Of a stretch of DNA of 64,000 nt, positions 22,600-35,447 are shown in pieces. The notes under the pieces are model-generated. The model saw only the letters and a list, made by a program, of their open reading frames with translations, was not told the DNA's origin and searched no databases. Each line of letters begins with the position of its first letter. Position 1 is the stretch's first letter. The translations under genes were made by a program, and so were the position numbers. Location of the stretch: assembly GCF_963921235.1 (NCBI RefSeq), contig NC_086097.1, positions 89,716,001 through 89,780,000 of the forward strand. Reading direction: 5' to 3'. The stretch comes from Mobula hypostoma (lineage: Eukaryota).

Positions 22600-23130
22600 G
22601 CCCCTCATTCTGACATTCTTTCCACATATTCCCAACCACATTTCTTTCTATCTGTTTAATGTATTTGATTGATGTTACCTTCCACAACAATTATTCTGAT
22701 ATGTATTCTTTTATCCTCATCATGGCTGATTCTGCCAATGTCATTACTCACAGCAAAGAACTTCCACAATGCTACACATTTTCATCCCACCACTTCGCAT
22801 TTTCAACAATCCATTTACATCCCCACCAACATGATGTCTGTACAAAATATATCTTTTCTTCCCTCTTATCCTTCAGCATTTCGAAGGAACCCTTAACATG
22901 CCCCTGTCGACTACTCTGCCACTCAAAACCCTCTCCTTCCCACAGTGTGTATGTATAAATACAACAAATGTAGTACTTTCCCTTTATCCACCTCGTTCCC
23001 CAACTCACAGTCTTGCAGAGCATCTTTCCAAGTGAAACAGTGCTCTGATTCTACTTCAATCAGTTCAGTGTTCTGTTCCTCACCCCGTTGTGGAGATACA
23101 ATGGAGCATACTTCTGCAGCTTAAGATCCC
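22600..23130 (+). mobile_element. Highly decayed Penelope ORF fragment (RT-endonuclease linker)
   Basis: HFQQ...PSAFRRN and SFQVKQ-like remnants. Confidence 0.5.
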
Positions 23131-23134
23131 AGTC

Positions 23135-25225
23135 ATAAAGTACTGCTCCACAGTGATAGGCCCTTTGGCTCACCTAGGCCATACCGACCTGATCAATCGC
23201 CTACTCTCATCCATCTGCAGCTAGACCATAGCTCTGTATGCCCCTCCCATCCATGGATCTATCCAAACTTCTCTTAAATGTTACAATTGTGATTTGATTA
23301 AATCACAATTCTGATTTGATTAAGACAGACGTGAGAAGCAGAGGAACATCTGGAGAAATTTCTGAAATGCCCAGTTTGCTGCCGCTGCTACTGTGCAATT
23401 GAGAATCTCCGGAGGGAAGGCCCCAAAATCCCCGGCTTTGCCTGCTGCTGGCGACCGAAGCTGAGGTCGAAGCGTTCGGCAGAGATGGTGCTCAGTACTC
23501 GGTGTCGGAGGGCTGATCAGAGCTCGAAGTTTTCGGACGACTCAGAGTCAGACCGTGGTCAGGCATGGCAGGGAGAGTTTTCTTCCTTCTCCCGTCAGCG
23601 TGAGATGAGGAACTTTCGAGAGACTTGGAACTTTTTTTACTGTGCCATGGCCTGTTCTTCATCAAGTTATGGTATTGTTGCACTGTTGTAACTATACGTT
23701 ATAATTATGTGGTTTTTGTTTGTTTTTCAGTCTTGGTCTGTCCTGTGTTTCTGTGATATCACACCGGAGGAATATTGTATCATTTTTTAATGCATGCATT
23801 ACTAAATGACAATAAAAGGGGACTGCGTGTCCTCGTAATCTAATCTAATCGAACCTGCATCTAAAATTTCTGCTGGCAACTTGCTCCACATTCTCACCAC
23901 CCTCTGAGTGAAGAAGTTTCCCCTCATATTCTCCTTAAATATTTCACCTTTCACCCTTAACCTATGATCTCACCCAATCTGACGGCAAAATAACCTAGGT
24001 GTATTCACCCTATCAATACCTCTCGTAATTTTGTATACCTGTATGGGATCTCCCATCATTCTTATGAGCCCTATGGAATAAAGTCCTAAACTATTCAACC
24101 TTTACCTATAACTTGGGTCCTCAAGTCCTACCAATATTCTTTTAAACTTTCTCTTCATTCTTTCCAGCTGATTGGTACCTGTCCTTTGGTGGGTGAATAG
24201 AACTGCATACAACGCTCTTAATTTTGCCCAGCCAATGTCTTGTACAACTTCAATATAACATTCCAACATCTCAGCTCCTGTACTTTGTGCCCTGACTTAT
24301 GAAGGCCAATATGCTAAAAGCTCTTTTTATGACTCTATCTATCTGTAATGGAGCTTTCAAGCAATTATGAATCTCTATTTCCAGATTCCTTAGTACTATC
24401 ACTCACCAAACAGCCCTACGATTCATTGTGGTAGTCTTACTCTGGTTCGTGTTTCTAAAGTGCAGCACCTCAAACTTGTCTGCATTAAATTCACCTTCCA
24501 TTTCTCAGCCTATATTCCCAGGCAGTCAAGAGCACATTGCAAACTATGATAGCCATCTTTGCAGTACACTATGACCCCATTCTTGGTATTTTCTCTAAAT
24601 TTGATTATTCAGTTTACCACATTATCGTTCATATAAATAATAAACAATTTCAGACCCAGCACCAAACATTGTGGCACACCACTAGTCACAGGCCTCTAGT
24701 CAGAGAGGCAACCATCTAATGCCATTCTCTGGCATCCCCAGCTATGCCAGTGCTGGATCCAGTTGGCTGCTTTGTCCACAATGCTATGTGACTTAACATT
24801 CCATGGGATCCTCCCATGCGGGACCTCCTCAAAGGCTTTGCTAAGGTCCATGTGCACAATGTTCGCCACATTTCCTTCATCAATCTCCTTGGTAACCTCC
24901 TTAATAAACTCTGTAAGATTGGTTAGATGTGATCAACTACATACAAAGCCATGCTGTTGATCCCTAAACAGGCCCTGTCTACCCGAATACCTACAGTATA
25001 TATCTTCCGTAGAACAAATTCCAATGATTTATCTATGATTGACATTAAGTTCACCAATCTATAATTTCTTAGCTTATTCCTAGAGCCTTTCTTGAAAAAT
25101 GGAAAAAATATTAGCTATCCTCCAGTCCTCTGGCACATCACCCGTGACTAAGGATGTGTTAAATACTTCTGCCAGAACCCCTGTGATTTCGGAACAAATT
25201 TCCCACAAAGTCCGAGGGGCACCTT
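23135..25225 (-). mobile_element. CR1 LINE, decayed, with a nested element at ~23290-23850
   Basis: Minus strand VPEDWRIANIFPFFKKG..NYRLVNL (~25050-25140), RT remnants, CR1 3' UTR at ~23135-23280. Confidence 0.85.
23325..23850 (+). mobile_element. 5'-truncated copy of a ~690-bp non-coding retroposed family with a (TAATC)n tail
   Basis: Aligns by eye to 49049-49696 and 59441-60138 (both minus). Confidence 0.85.
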
Positions 25226-26875
25226 GTCAGGCCCTGAGGATTTTAAGGTTAGTGTGGAAGGTTTGGTCACTTGGCATTCAAGATGAGGTTGTAAATTGGA
25301 TTTGACATTGGCTTTGTGGAAGAAGACAGGGAGAGGTAGTAGATGGTTGCCTCTCTGACTGGAGGCCTGTAACTAGTGGAGTGCCACAGGGATCAATGCT
25401 GGGTCCATTGTTGTTTGTCATCTAAATCAATGATCTAGATGATGTTGTGGTTAACTGGATCAGCAAATTTGTGGATGACACCAGGATTGGTGATGTAGTG
25501 AGCAATGGGGAAGACTGTCAAAGCTTGCAATGGGATCTGGACTAGGCTGAAAATGGCAGATGGAAATTAATGCAGACAAGTGGAAGGTGTTGCACTTTGA
25601 CAGGACCAACCAGGCTAGATCTTACACAGTGAACGGTAGGGCACTGAGGAGTGTGGTAGGACAAAGGGATCTGGGAGTATAGGTCCATAATTCTTAGAAG
25701 GTGGTGTGTCAGAAGTAGAAAAGGTCATAAAGAAAGTCTTTGGCAGATTGGCCTCCATAAATTAAAGTATTGAGTCCAGGAGATGGGATGTTATGTTGAA
25801 GTTGTATAAGACATTCTGACAGGCTGCATCACCATTTGGTATAGGAGAGGCTACTGCACAGGATTGAAAGAAGCTACAGAAAGTTGTAAAATTAATCAGC
25901 TCCATCTTGGGTACTAGTCTCTGTAGCATCCAAGACATCTTCAAAGAGCGTTGTCTCAAAAAGGTGGCATCAATCATTAAGGATCCCCAGCACTCAGGAT
26001 ATGCCCTCTTCTCATTGCTACCATCAGGAAGGAGGTACAGAAGCCTGAAGACACTCAGTCAGCAGTTCAGGAACAGCTTCTTCCCCTTTGCCATCCGATT
26101 CCTGAATGGACATTGAACCCATGAACTTTACCTCACTTTTATTATTTCTGTTTTTGCACTATTTTTAATTTAACTATTTAATACATATATATATACTTAC
26201 TGTAATTGATTTACTCATATTTTTCTATATTATCATGTATTGCACTGTATAGCTGCCACTAAGTTAACAAATTTATTGACGTATACTGGTAATATTAAAC
26301 CTGATTCTGATTCTGATTCATTGGTGAGGCCTAGTTTGGAGTATTGTATGCTGTTTTGGTCACCTACATTCAGGAAAGATGTAAATAAGGTTGAAAGAGT
26401 ACAGAGAAAATTTACAAGCATGTTGCCAGGACTGGAGGAGCTGAGTTATAAAGAAAGATTGAATATCTTAGGACTTCATTCCTTGGAATATAGAAGATTG
26501 AAGGGAGATTTGATAGAGGTATACAAAATTATGAGGGGTATAGACCAGGTAAATGCAAGCAGGCTTTTTCCACTGAGGTTGGGTGGGACTACAACTAGAG
26601 ATCATGGGTTAAGGGTGAAGGGTAAAACATTTAAGGGGATTATGAGGAGAAACTTCTGTACTCAAAGGGTCATGGAAGCGTGGAAACAGCTGTAAGCACA
26701 AGTGGTGCATGCAAACACGATTTCAACGTTTAAGAGAAATTCGGATAGGTACCTGAAGCGGGGGAGAATGGAGGGCTATGGTCTGGGTGCAGGTCATTAG
26801 GACTAGACGATTTAAATGGTTTGGTACATACTGGGCCTTCTTCTGTGCTGTACTTTTCTATGATTCTATGTTTCT
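25225..26875 (+). mobile_element. CR1 LINE (RT to 3' tail) with a nested Rex 3' end at ~25820-26320
   Basis: [42 protein letters not shown]; tail (TTCTATG)n. Confidence 0.92.
25820..26320 (+). mobile_element. Rex1/Babar 3' end
   Basis: CLKKVASIIKDPQHSGYALFSLLPSGRRYRSLKT..FRNSFFPFAIRFLN; tail (CTGATT)n; same family as 53828-54195. Confidence 0.9.
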
Positions 26876-27279
26876 ATAACTTCACTCGCCCCATCATTGA
26901 CATGTTCCCACAAATTATAGATTCTCTTTCCAGGACCCTTCATCTCATGTTCTAGATATTTATTTATTTATTATATCTTTTTGTATTTGCACAGTTTGTT
27001 GTCTTTTTCACACTGGTCGAATGCCCAAGTGGTGTGGTCTTTCAATGCTTCTTTTATAGTTATTATTCTATTATGGATTTATTGAGTATGCCCACAAAAA
27101 ATGAATCTGATGGTTTTACATGGTGGTATATATGTACTTAGATAATAAATTTACTTTGAACTTTAAATTACCTCAGTAGATGTCCTCTCTGTGCACTGCC
27201 ATGGCATTTTCCCTGACAGTAACTACCACCTCTCCACCTTTAATCCCTCCCACTCTACCATCTGCAAAACTTTGGATCC

Positions 27280-27520
27280 CCAGAATATTGAACTGCCAGT
27301 CCTGCCCCTCCTACAACTAAGTCTCACTCATGGCTGCAACATCATAATTTCACATGCTGATCCATGCTCTAAGTTCACCTGCCTTAGCTAAAATACTCCA
27401 GATGCAACTAAGAGCATTGGCCCCGCCATGCTCAACCTTTCAGTTTCCATCTTTGCCTGTAGTCTAAACATCTACTTACCTCACAACCAACCCACCTGCT
27501 GTCCTTAAAACTCTGGTCCC
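27280..27520 (-). mobile_element. CR1 ORF2 endonuclease N-terminal relic
   Basis: Minus translation SILAKAGELRAWIS.*NYDVAAMSET*L.EGQDWQFNILG. Confidence 0.7.
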
Positions 27521-28009
27521 CATTCTGCTGTGAATTAATTAAATGACCAATCAATTCTCAACTAAGAATTTGCAAATATGCCTCGTTTAGGTTCCTGCTA
27601 GCTGAAACTGAACAGGAAGTCCTGAGATTAACCTCTTTTATAAACTCCAACCTCTCATTGCAAGTCCCAGCTCCTGCTCGCTAAAACTTGATGTTTTAAT
27701 TCTCCTTCCCTTTCCCATTCTGACCTGTTTGTCTTTAGCATCCAATACCATTTCACTAAAAACTAGTGGAAACTTGGAAATAAATAACTCACGTGGGTAC
27801 GTAGCAGCCTTCTGACAATTTGAGATGATAAGCCCTCATTCATTTTTTCAAAAAGAAGCTGTCAGAAATAATTCTGATGTCCCATTGATCCCTCGTTTGT
27901 TTCTTCCATTAATTTGTAGATCTCAATAATCCTAAAATGTGTGAGAAGGAGCGTCATTGGGCACCACAGTTACAGGGAACGCTATGAGGCATTAAATAAT
28001 TCAACGTGA

Positions 28010-28300
28010 GGGTGAAGTGGTGAGCTTACTACAGCTGCCACCTCCCAGCACCAGTGACCCAGGTTGGAACCTGACCTCTGGTGCTGTCTGTGTGGAATTT
28101 CTTCCAGGGACCACATGGTCTTGCTCAGTGTATATGAAAGCTGTGCAGACTAAAGAGTTAGTTAGCAAAAGTAAATTGCACCAAATGTATATGTGAGCAG
28201 TAGAAGGCGTGGTGGGGTAGGAGGGGGACAAGAATATGGGGAGAATAAAATAGGATTAGTGTAAATAGCTGTCGGATATCAGGTGCAGTCTTATTGGGTT
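28010..28300 (+). mobile_element. V-type tRNA-SINE
   Basis: CAGCTGCCACCTCCCAGC...CCCAGGTTGGAACCTGACCTCTGGTGCTGTCTGTGTGGA head. Confidence 0.65.
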
Positions 28301-28359
28301 GTATAACTCCGACTCAATTATTCCGGTTATTACCTTCAGCCCCAGCACAAACCATTACC

Positions 28360-28510
28360 ACAAGAGATTCTGCAGATGCTGGAAACCAAGGCAACACACA
28401 CAGAATGCTGGGGACGCTCAGCAGCTCAGGCAGCATCTATGGAAAGGAACAAACAGTTGACATTTCGGGCCCAGATCCTTCTTCACGACTGGAAAGGAAG
28501 GGGAAAGCTC
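28360..28510 (-). mobile_element. Penelope terminal fragment with a decayed hammerhead
   Basis: Reverse complement CAGTCGTGAAGAAGGATCTGGGCCCGAAATGTCAACTG. Confidence 0.75.
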
Positions 28511-29129
28511 AGAATAAGATTGTGTGGCCATTACCTTTGCTCTCTCTTTCTCTCTCTCTTTTCCCTAATGCTTTTAAAAGGTCAGTTTCTCACAGACGAT
28601 GTTGGATCTGCAGAGTATTTCTTGCAATCTCTCTTTCCAGTTTTTTGACATCCACACTCTTTCTTTATGCACTTTGCAAAACGTGAATGTTCATACTTTG
28701 CCTTGGTAGGTGGAAATTCTCAGGTCATGGGGCGCTTGTTGCTGAGGCACTTGATATTAAGGATAATTATGTTGTGGCTAAAACTCACTGACTGCATGGA
28801 AAATTAGGTTAATGATCCCGTAAATATCACTGATACTAGTTATAAATAAACAGAAGGCTTCCTAATTCCACAATATGTCACATACGCCATTAGTATTCTA
28901 TTGGGCTGAAGATAGCTGTCAATTATGAACATAGCAGTAATGTTAAATAGATGGATGGGATGAAGGAAAGATACAATTTTTGCAACCTTTGGACATACCA
29001 AACCACTTATCAGCCACTAAAAAACTTCTGAAAGTGCTGTCATGGTTGTTGTACAGATGTGCACAGTAAGATCCCACACATTGCTTTGTTATAATGATGA
29101 GGTAGTTGGTAATTGATAATGGACAATTG

Positions 29130-29990
29130 GTTTATTATAGTCATATTTTCAAGTCTAAGTTTATTGTCCTTCAACCTTATATGTGTATACCATCAAAACA
29201 AACAATGTTCCTCCAAACCAAGGACCAAGACCACAGTACACATAACACAATAAGGTAATATTACCACAGATAATATCTCCAGCACATCATTCCAGCACAT
29301 GTACACAGATACAGTGAAAAAACGTTGTTTTGAATGCTATCCATACCAATCATTCCAAAACAGAAGTACACTGAGGTAGAACAAAGGGATAGGCAACACA
29401 CCAGAATGCAGAATATAACCAGAGAGAGATGAGATAAATAAGATTCCAAAGCCACAACATGGCAAATCATGAGATCAGGAGTTCATCTTTATCGTACAAG
29501 AGGTCTGTTCAAGGATCTCATAGATGCAAGATGGAGGCTTTTGCCTGATGGAAAGGGGGAGAAGAAAGAATATCTAGGGTGGGTGGGGTCATTGATTGTG
29601 ATGGCTGCATGAGGTGTATAGAGAGACCATAGATGGGAGGTTGGTTTTCATGATGGATTGAGCTGTGTCCAGAACTCTCTGTGCTTAATTGTGATGTTGG
29701 GTAGAGCCGTTGCCATATCAAACTGTTGTGTATTGGGATAGGATGCTTCTTTGATGTATCGATTAAAATTAGTGAGGGTCAATGGGGACATACTAATTTC
29801 CTTAGCCTTCTGAGGAAGAAGAGGCACTGGTGTGGCCGTAGCATCTGCAGGGTTGGACGAGGACTAGCTACTGGTGATAAATATCCCTAGGAACCTAAAG
29901 CTCTCAACCATCTCTACCTCAGCACCATTGATACATACAAGGGCTGTACTCCATACCACTTTCTAACATCAATGACTAACTCTTTTGTAG
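29130..29990 (-). mobile_element. Rex1/Babar LINE 3' fragment (decayed)
   Basis: Minus QCLFFLRRLRK-like motif (~29800) and a 3' UTR with AATAAA. Confidence 0.7.
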
Positions 29991-30589
29991 TCATGAGGGC
30001 CAGCAAACTGACACTGAACAGAATTAAAGAGAAACAACCTGTTGTTCTTTGCAATGGTCTGTTATAGATGTTCACATTTGTCTGAGAGTTTTTGAAGTCT
30101 CATGTGACAGTGTGTCTGACTGAGAAACATTTCCTCAACAGTGTAAAAATTGTGAGCCTGAGCTGAAAATTGAACCAACCTTCTTGGGAACTGAATTACA
30201 CACACAATTTTTATTCTAACAACCTGCCTCATTGAACTTTATGGAGAACTGCCACATACACAATCCTGGTGTGCCGAAAGCCCTGTTTCAGTGCTTGCTG
30301 CATCTACTTACAGTTCAAGCTGAGGTCTTTATCATGACTTCCGTTTTGGCTTTGCTGACATTTTGCGCTACCCAGATTTAAAATTCCAGTTATTTTTGCA
30401 ACGTTCTCCTCAACAAGTTCTCCGTTGAACAAGCATGTTCAGCCCAAGAGATATTCCAAGAGTTAGCAAACATCTCCAGATGCCCGGTTAGCCTTACAGA
30501 ATGAAGGAGTTGGCATCCATTGAGTTCAGTGAGGTAGTTTCTTTTTTTATCATTCATTCGTCACCCGGAGGCTGATCCGATGAACGCTT

Positions 30590-31470
30590 GTTCAAAGTTC
30601 CAATTCAAAGTACATTTATTATCAAAGTATGCACACATTATACAACCTTGAGATTCGTCTCGTTACAGGCAGCCACAAAACACAGAAACCCCAAAAAAAA
30701 ATTTAAAAAAAGACTATTGAACACTCAATATGCAGAGGGAGAAAAAAAAGACAAATCACGCAAACAGTAACTGCAAGCAAATAGCGTTCTGAACTGAAGT
30801 CCGTAAAGAGAGTCCCATAATTCAACATAGCTCAGCGCAGAGCCGAGCCATGGAACAGGAATCTTAGCATCGTCCCGTGCCTCAGACTGCAACACCCTGA
30901 CCTTTTCAATCTGACCTGGCGCCTAAATCGATGTCCAAACATTGCAGTTAATCGCCTCAGTACACTCTGAGACCAGGACCCTACCACTTTGATTTGGCCT
31001 TTACCTGACTTTACCAATTCCAACTGGCACTTAAATCTCTGTCTGAACACTGGATTCAGATGCTTTGATCTGCTCTGGGGCCTAGACCTCACCGCCTCCA
31101 TTCGGCATGTACCCAACTTTTCCAATTTGCCACGGCACTTAGGTCTCCATCCGAACACTGGGTTCAGTTGCTTCGATGCACTCTGGTACCTCGATTCGGC
31201 CTGTAAATGACCTTTCCATTTCAGCTCGGCACTTAAATCGATCGAACCTCAGACCTTCCTTGCTCTTGATGATAGGCCTGCAGTCTTGCCTCACCTCAGT
31301 TCTGCCGCAGCGATTTGCCTCCACATCCAAAGAGTAGTTACAGTCTATTACCTTCAATGATTGTTTGCCAGAAAAAGTGCGACTAACAAAGTATTTAGCT
31401 GTTTTCCTTGTTTCGTTAGCCACTGACCTGAAGTCACTGAGATTCACCAGCGCCATCTCAAACCAGGAAC
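30590..31470 (-). mobile_element. ~880-bp non-coding retroposed element with internal short tandem repeats
   Basis: Minus strand starts near GAGATGGCGC and ends AATAAATGTACTTTGAA..CTTTGAAC (Rex-like tail); repeated CACTTAAATC / GAACACTGG units. Confidence 0.6.
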
Positions 31471-32028
31471 TTGTGACTTGTGATTGTAAGGTGACACTCT
31501 GCTAACCTTGTACTGAGTGAATGATGCTTTGCAGAAAAGACAGGGGGATTTGCCATCTTCAAAGGTAAGTGCAAAATCTTTTCATTCTAGTTTAGAGCCT
31601 CTATTGTAAGCCAGAATGAGAAGATTTGACATTTATGGCTATTTTCTTCACACCTGCATTTCTTACATTTACATGGTATCGAAGTCATTCATGGAATTAA
31701 ATTGAGTGTGCACAACCTCATGAGCAGGGGGCTGCCAATGTATTCTGCAGGGAGTAGTAAGCATATCACATGTACTCACTAGTAACACTTAACAACATAA
31801 TCCTACAATTCTCCACAGATTCAGATTAGTTGATTTTCATATACTCCAGGGTGCAATGAAATTTCTTGCTTGGGTGAAGTTCATGGAGTAAACAGTATAC
31901 TTGGTAATAATAAATACAAATAACGAAAGTCACTAACCTCCTGATAAATGTCAACCAAAGTTAGAATATCACAATATCAGAATGTGTTTGTTGTCAATCA
32001 CTAAGAGGGGCATTAGAAACAGTCAGAT

Positions 32029-32520
32029 TCGGATATGTCCATACATGGCCTCCTCTACTGCCATGATGAGGCTAAACTCAGGCTGGAGGAGCAACACCTC
32101 ATATACTGTCTAGGTAGCCTCCAGCCCCTTGGTATGAACATAGAATTCTCCAACTTCTGGTAGTTCCTTCCCCCTCCCTTCCTCTATCCCTATTTCACTC
32201 TGCCCCCCCCCCCCCGGCTGCCTATCACCTCCCTCATGGTTCCGCCTCCTTCTACTACCCATTGTGTTTTCCCCTATTCCTTCTTCACCTTTCCTATCAC
32301 CTCCCTGCTTCCCCTCTCCCACCCTTTTATCTTTCCCCTTACAGGTTTTTCACCTGGAACCTACCAGCCTTCTCCTTCCCACCCTCCCCCCACCTTCTTT
32401 ATAGGGCCTCTGCCCCTTCCTCCTACAGTCCTGACGAAGGGTTCCGGCCCGAAACGTCGACTGATCGTTTCCACGGATGCTGCCCGACCTGCTGAGCTCC
32501 TCCAGTGTGTTGTGAGTGAA
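32029..32520 (+). mobile_element. Penelope-like element 3' end (GIY-YIG endonuclease C-terminus, pyrimidine-rich UTR, hammerhead)
   Basis: SDMSIHGLLYCHDEAKLRLEEQHLIYCLGSLQPLGMNIEFSNFW* (32029-32163). Confidence 0.9.
32426..32463 (+). ncRNA. Minimal type-I hammerhead ribozyme
   Basis: CAGTC-CTGACGA-A-GGG(TTCCGG)CCC-GAAAC-GTC-GACTG: helix I CAGTC/GACTG, core CUGAnGA and GAAA, GUC cleavage triplet. Confidence 0.85.
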
Positions 32521-32982
32521 GTGGATAACAGTCACATGTGACTTATAAACTGGAGCTTTGTCAACGCTGAAAAAATGTAGCGAAGAATTTACATATGCAT
32601 AAACAGACATTTATGTAAAACGAAGGAATATTAACTATGTTCCTACAGTGCAGTGATTGCTGACCCAAAGGAGGAACAATTGTTACTCACAACTTCCTGC
32701 AAGCAAATGGAAGCATTTGAAAGGAGGTAAAGAAAAGAACTGGGGCCGGATGTGAAGTGTGCCTTTATATAGCACCAGAATTTTTAAAAAATCAGATATT
32801 TCAAAGTAGCATCATCAGACAACAAGAGTGATAACACAGCAAAAGTAAAACAACATTGGGCCTACAGCAGCATAGTGATTGGGCTATTGGACTAGTATTC
32901 CAGAAGTCTTAATGATTCCAGATCCATAAGTGAATTCTGTTAGGGCAAATCTAAAGATGTACGGGCTGGCAAGTTAATTATG

Positions 32983-33285
32983 AACACAAGAAAGTCTGCA
33001 GATGCTGGAAATCCAAAGCAACACACACAAGATGCTTGAGGAAGTCAGCGGGTCAGGTAGCACCTATGGTAATGAATAGATAGTTGATGTCACAAGCAAC
33101 AGAAAGTCTGCAGACACTGGAAATCCAAGCAACACACACAGAATTCCGAAGAAACTCAGCAGGCCAGGCAGCATCTATGGAAGAGAGTTCTGCAGAAGGG
33201 TCTGGGAGCAAAACATCAACTGTCTATTCATTTCCATAGATGTTGCCTGAATGGCTAAGTTCCTCCAGCATTTTGTGTGTATTGG
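32983..33285. mobile_element. Cluster of Penelope terminal segments (two minus in tandem, one plus)
   Basis: Repeated AAAGTCTGCAGA..CTGGAAATCCAA.GCAACACACACA followed by its inverse. Confidence 0.8.
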
Positions 33286-33500
33286 TCGTGTGGGTGTAAT
33301 TGGGTGGCATAGGCTTGATAGGTCAGAACGGCCTGTTACCGAGCTGTATCTTTAAATTAATAGAATAAAATTAGACAACGTTATTCCAGTTCATTAAGGA
33401 AAATGATGATTATGATCATAAGGCATCTGATTGTTGTAAAATTTCAACTGATCCATTAACTGCTTTAGGTGTGGAAATTTCCTGCCTCGATATGTTGTGG

Positions 33501-34060
33501 GGTATATGGGGTGTCGGGGAGGGGTAGCACCTCTATTGGGGGAACATGTTGCGTCCTTTTCAGGGCGGTTAGTCCACCTTTGGTCCCCACCTGGCACTCA
33601 GCTCTCACCTGGGGCTCCCCGTAGCTGTTTGCATGCGACAGCGGCCACACCCCGGGCAACGGCTTTGACAAGCCGGCTAAACCAGGTGAGGGTAGCCGAC
33701 GGGTCTCAAACCCTCAGTGAGATAGGGAGTTGTCTATCCCAGCATGTGAAGACAGACTCTGGCGGATTGAGCGGACGAGACCGATGGAAGGTCCAACGGT
33801 CAAGAAGGCAGTCTCTGCAAACGTCGTGGAACGTCTAGAGCAGGACAAGACACAGGAGACGTCCTGGTCATCCACTGCGCCTAGTCCCATCTCCAGCCAT
33901 CTAGACTCTGTCTTGCCACTGGATCCAGATGGGAATTGGGAAGAGAGAGTGAGGCTGACGCTGCGCAACTCTCCCTCACTTAAATCCAAATCACGCGCTA
34001 GTCTTGACACCATCATAATGGTGTCAAGGTCCTCATCGACGCCAACGATGGACGAACAAC
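33501..34060 (+). mobile_element. 560-bp non-autonomous RTE-type retroelement
   Basis: 9-bp TSD ATGTTGTGG (33492-33500, 34061-34069); CpG-rich; short GACGAACAAC tail; RTE assignment and strand are inference. Confidence 0.75.
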
Positions 34061-35447
34061 ATGTTGTGGCCTTTATATTACCAGGATGAAAGCAATGTAT
34101 TCACTTTTTAATCATCTTGGTAAGTTATTTATTTTTAAGTACAATTAGGAATAGGTTTAAAATCCTGACCATGTAAATGACAACCACGTTCCAAATCATG
34201 ATGGATAACAAGACATTTGGCTAGCCAGTTAAGTTTCTAGGAATGTATTATATTAGAAGAAAGATTCAGAATGGATTAGGTGAGATTTTCAGATTTTAAC
34301 ACCCAGGGAACTGAAGACGTGTTTAGCAAAGGTGGGGGCAAAGGGTGTGAGAAGATTGTAGTCAGAAATGGAAAAATGTGTAGAACTGTGTATATGTTGA
34401 GATGTACAAATTCCCTTCTACTCATTTGTCCGTACAACTGAGTTTTAGTGCTATCGACCTAAAATGAATGAACAGAGGTCTAATCTAATACACCTAGAGG
34501 AAGTAACAGAGAGTGGAAGTATTCAGACCAGAGAAAAAGAAAAGAAATAGAAGTTCCAGTGTTGCTGGATCCGAAGCCGACAGGACAGGAGTTCTGGCGG
34601 TAAAACACCTAACGTGGAGCTGATCTGGTTTAGAATGTTTAGTTGTGGATGGGTTTAAGTTTACAAAGAGTGAAAGATCTGAGCACCAGAATAATTAAAC
34701 TGGAATTAACCAGACGTGTGCATGGAGGAGAGGTACTGCACAAGCAGCGAAGGCACAGTGCCTGTAACCTCTTTGCACTCGCCATCAGGGTATAGAGTAG
34801 AGAGGTGGGGTCTTGCAGTTTTCTAGGCCTTCATTTGGAATAGATTTAGTGGACTGAAAATCCAAGATGCATCTATAATTACATGATATCTACAGCCCAG
34901 AAGCAGGCCATTCGGCCCAAGTGGTGCATTCTGGTATTAGTGCTCCAACATCAGCCTCCACCCTATAGACACAATCTGCATACATAACCTTCAGGGTTTC
35001 TCTTCCATGTGTGCTGAGCTAGCTTCCCCTTACCTGCACCCCACAAAGCCATCCTCACGATAGGGAGACCACTTTCCCATCAATCTCTCGTATAAGTGGT
35101 TCCTCATGAATGGTTGGTTGGGTCATTATGTTTTGGGCTTCCCCACAAGTAGAAACAACTTCCAATCTCCTGCATAGTTTTAAAGGCCTTTAGTAGTTTA
35201 TCTGGGGTGGGGGGGCAAAACACTCTGATAGACTCATTTCCAGTTGGAAAAACATGAGCCTTGTCCCTTATAATCTGCCCAATCACGGCAGAGGAGAGTC
35301 ACTACCCACTCAGGCTAAGTCAAGATTTTTGGAGGAAGGTTAGCTTTGGTGAGGGTGTGTGGTAGAGGGGTGAAATAGCTTTCTTCACCCTAAGGAAAAA
35401 ATCTTCAACCTCCCATACCTGCAGTCCCCTGCCCCTTACTTGTTGTC

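Noticed and set aside
26240..26695. 151-aa ORF (also 39627-40232 and 50387-50827) as functional genes
   Set aside because: Fragments of CR1 ORF2 with frameshifted or non-homologous starts.
30312..30440. Possible minus-strand exon ending at a GTAAGT donor
   Set aside because: The open frame has an upstream in-frame stop with no convincing acceptor between, and the peptide is unrecognisable.
33501..33620. HDV-like fold at the 5' end of the 33501-34060 element
   Set aside because: A GGGTGTC/GGCACTC helix is possible, but no proper P3/L3, P1.1 or P2 could be assigned.
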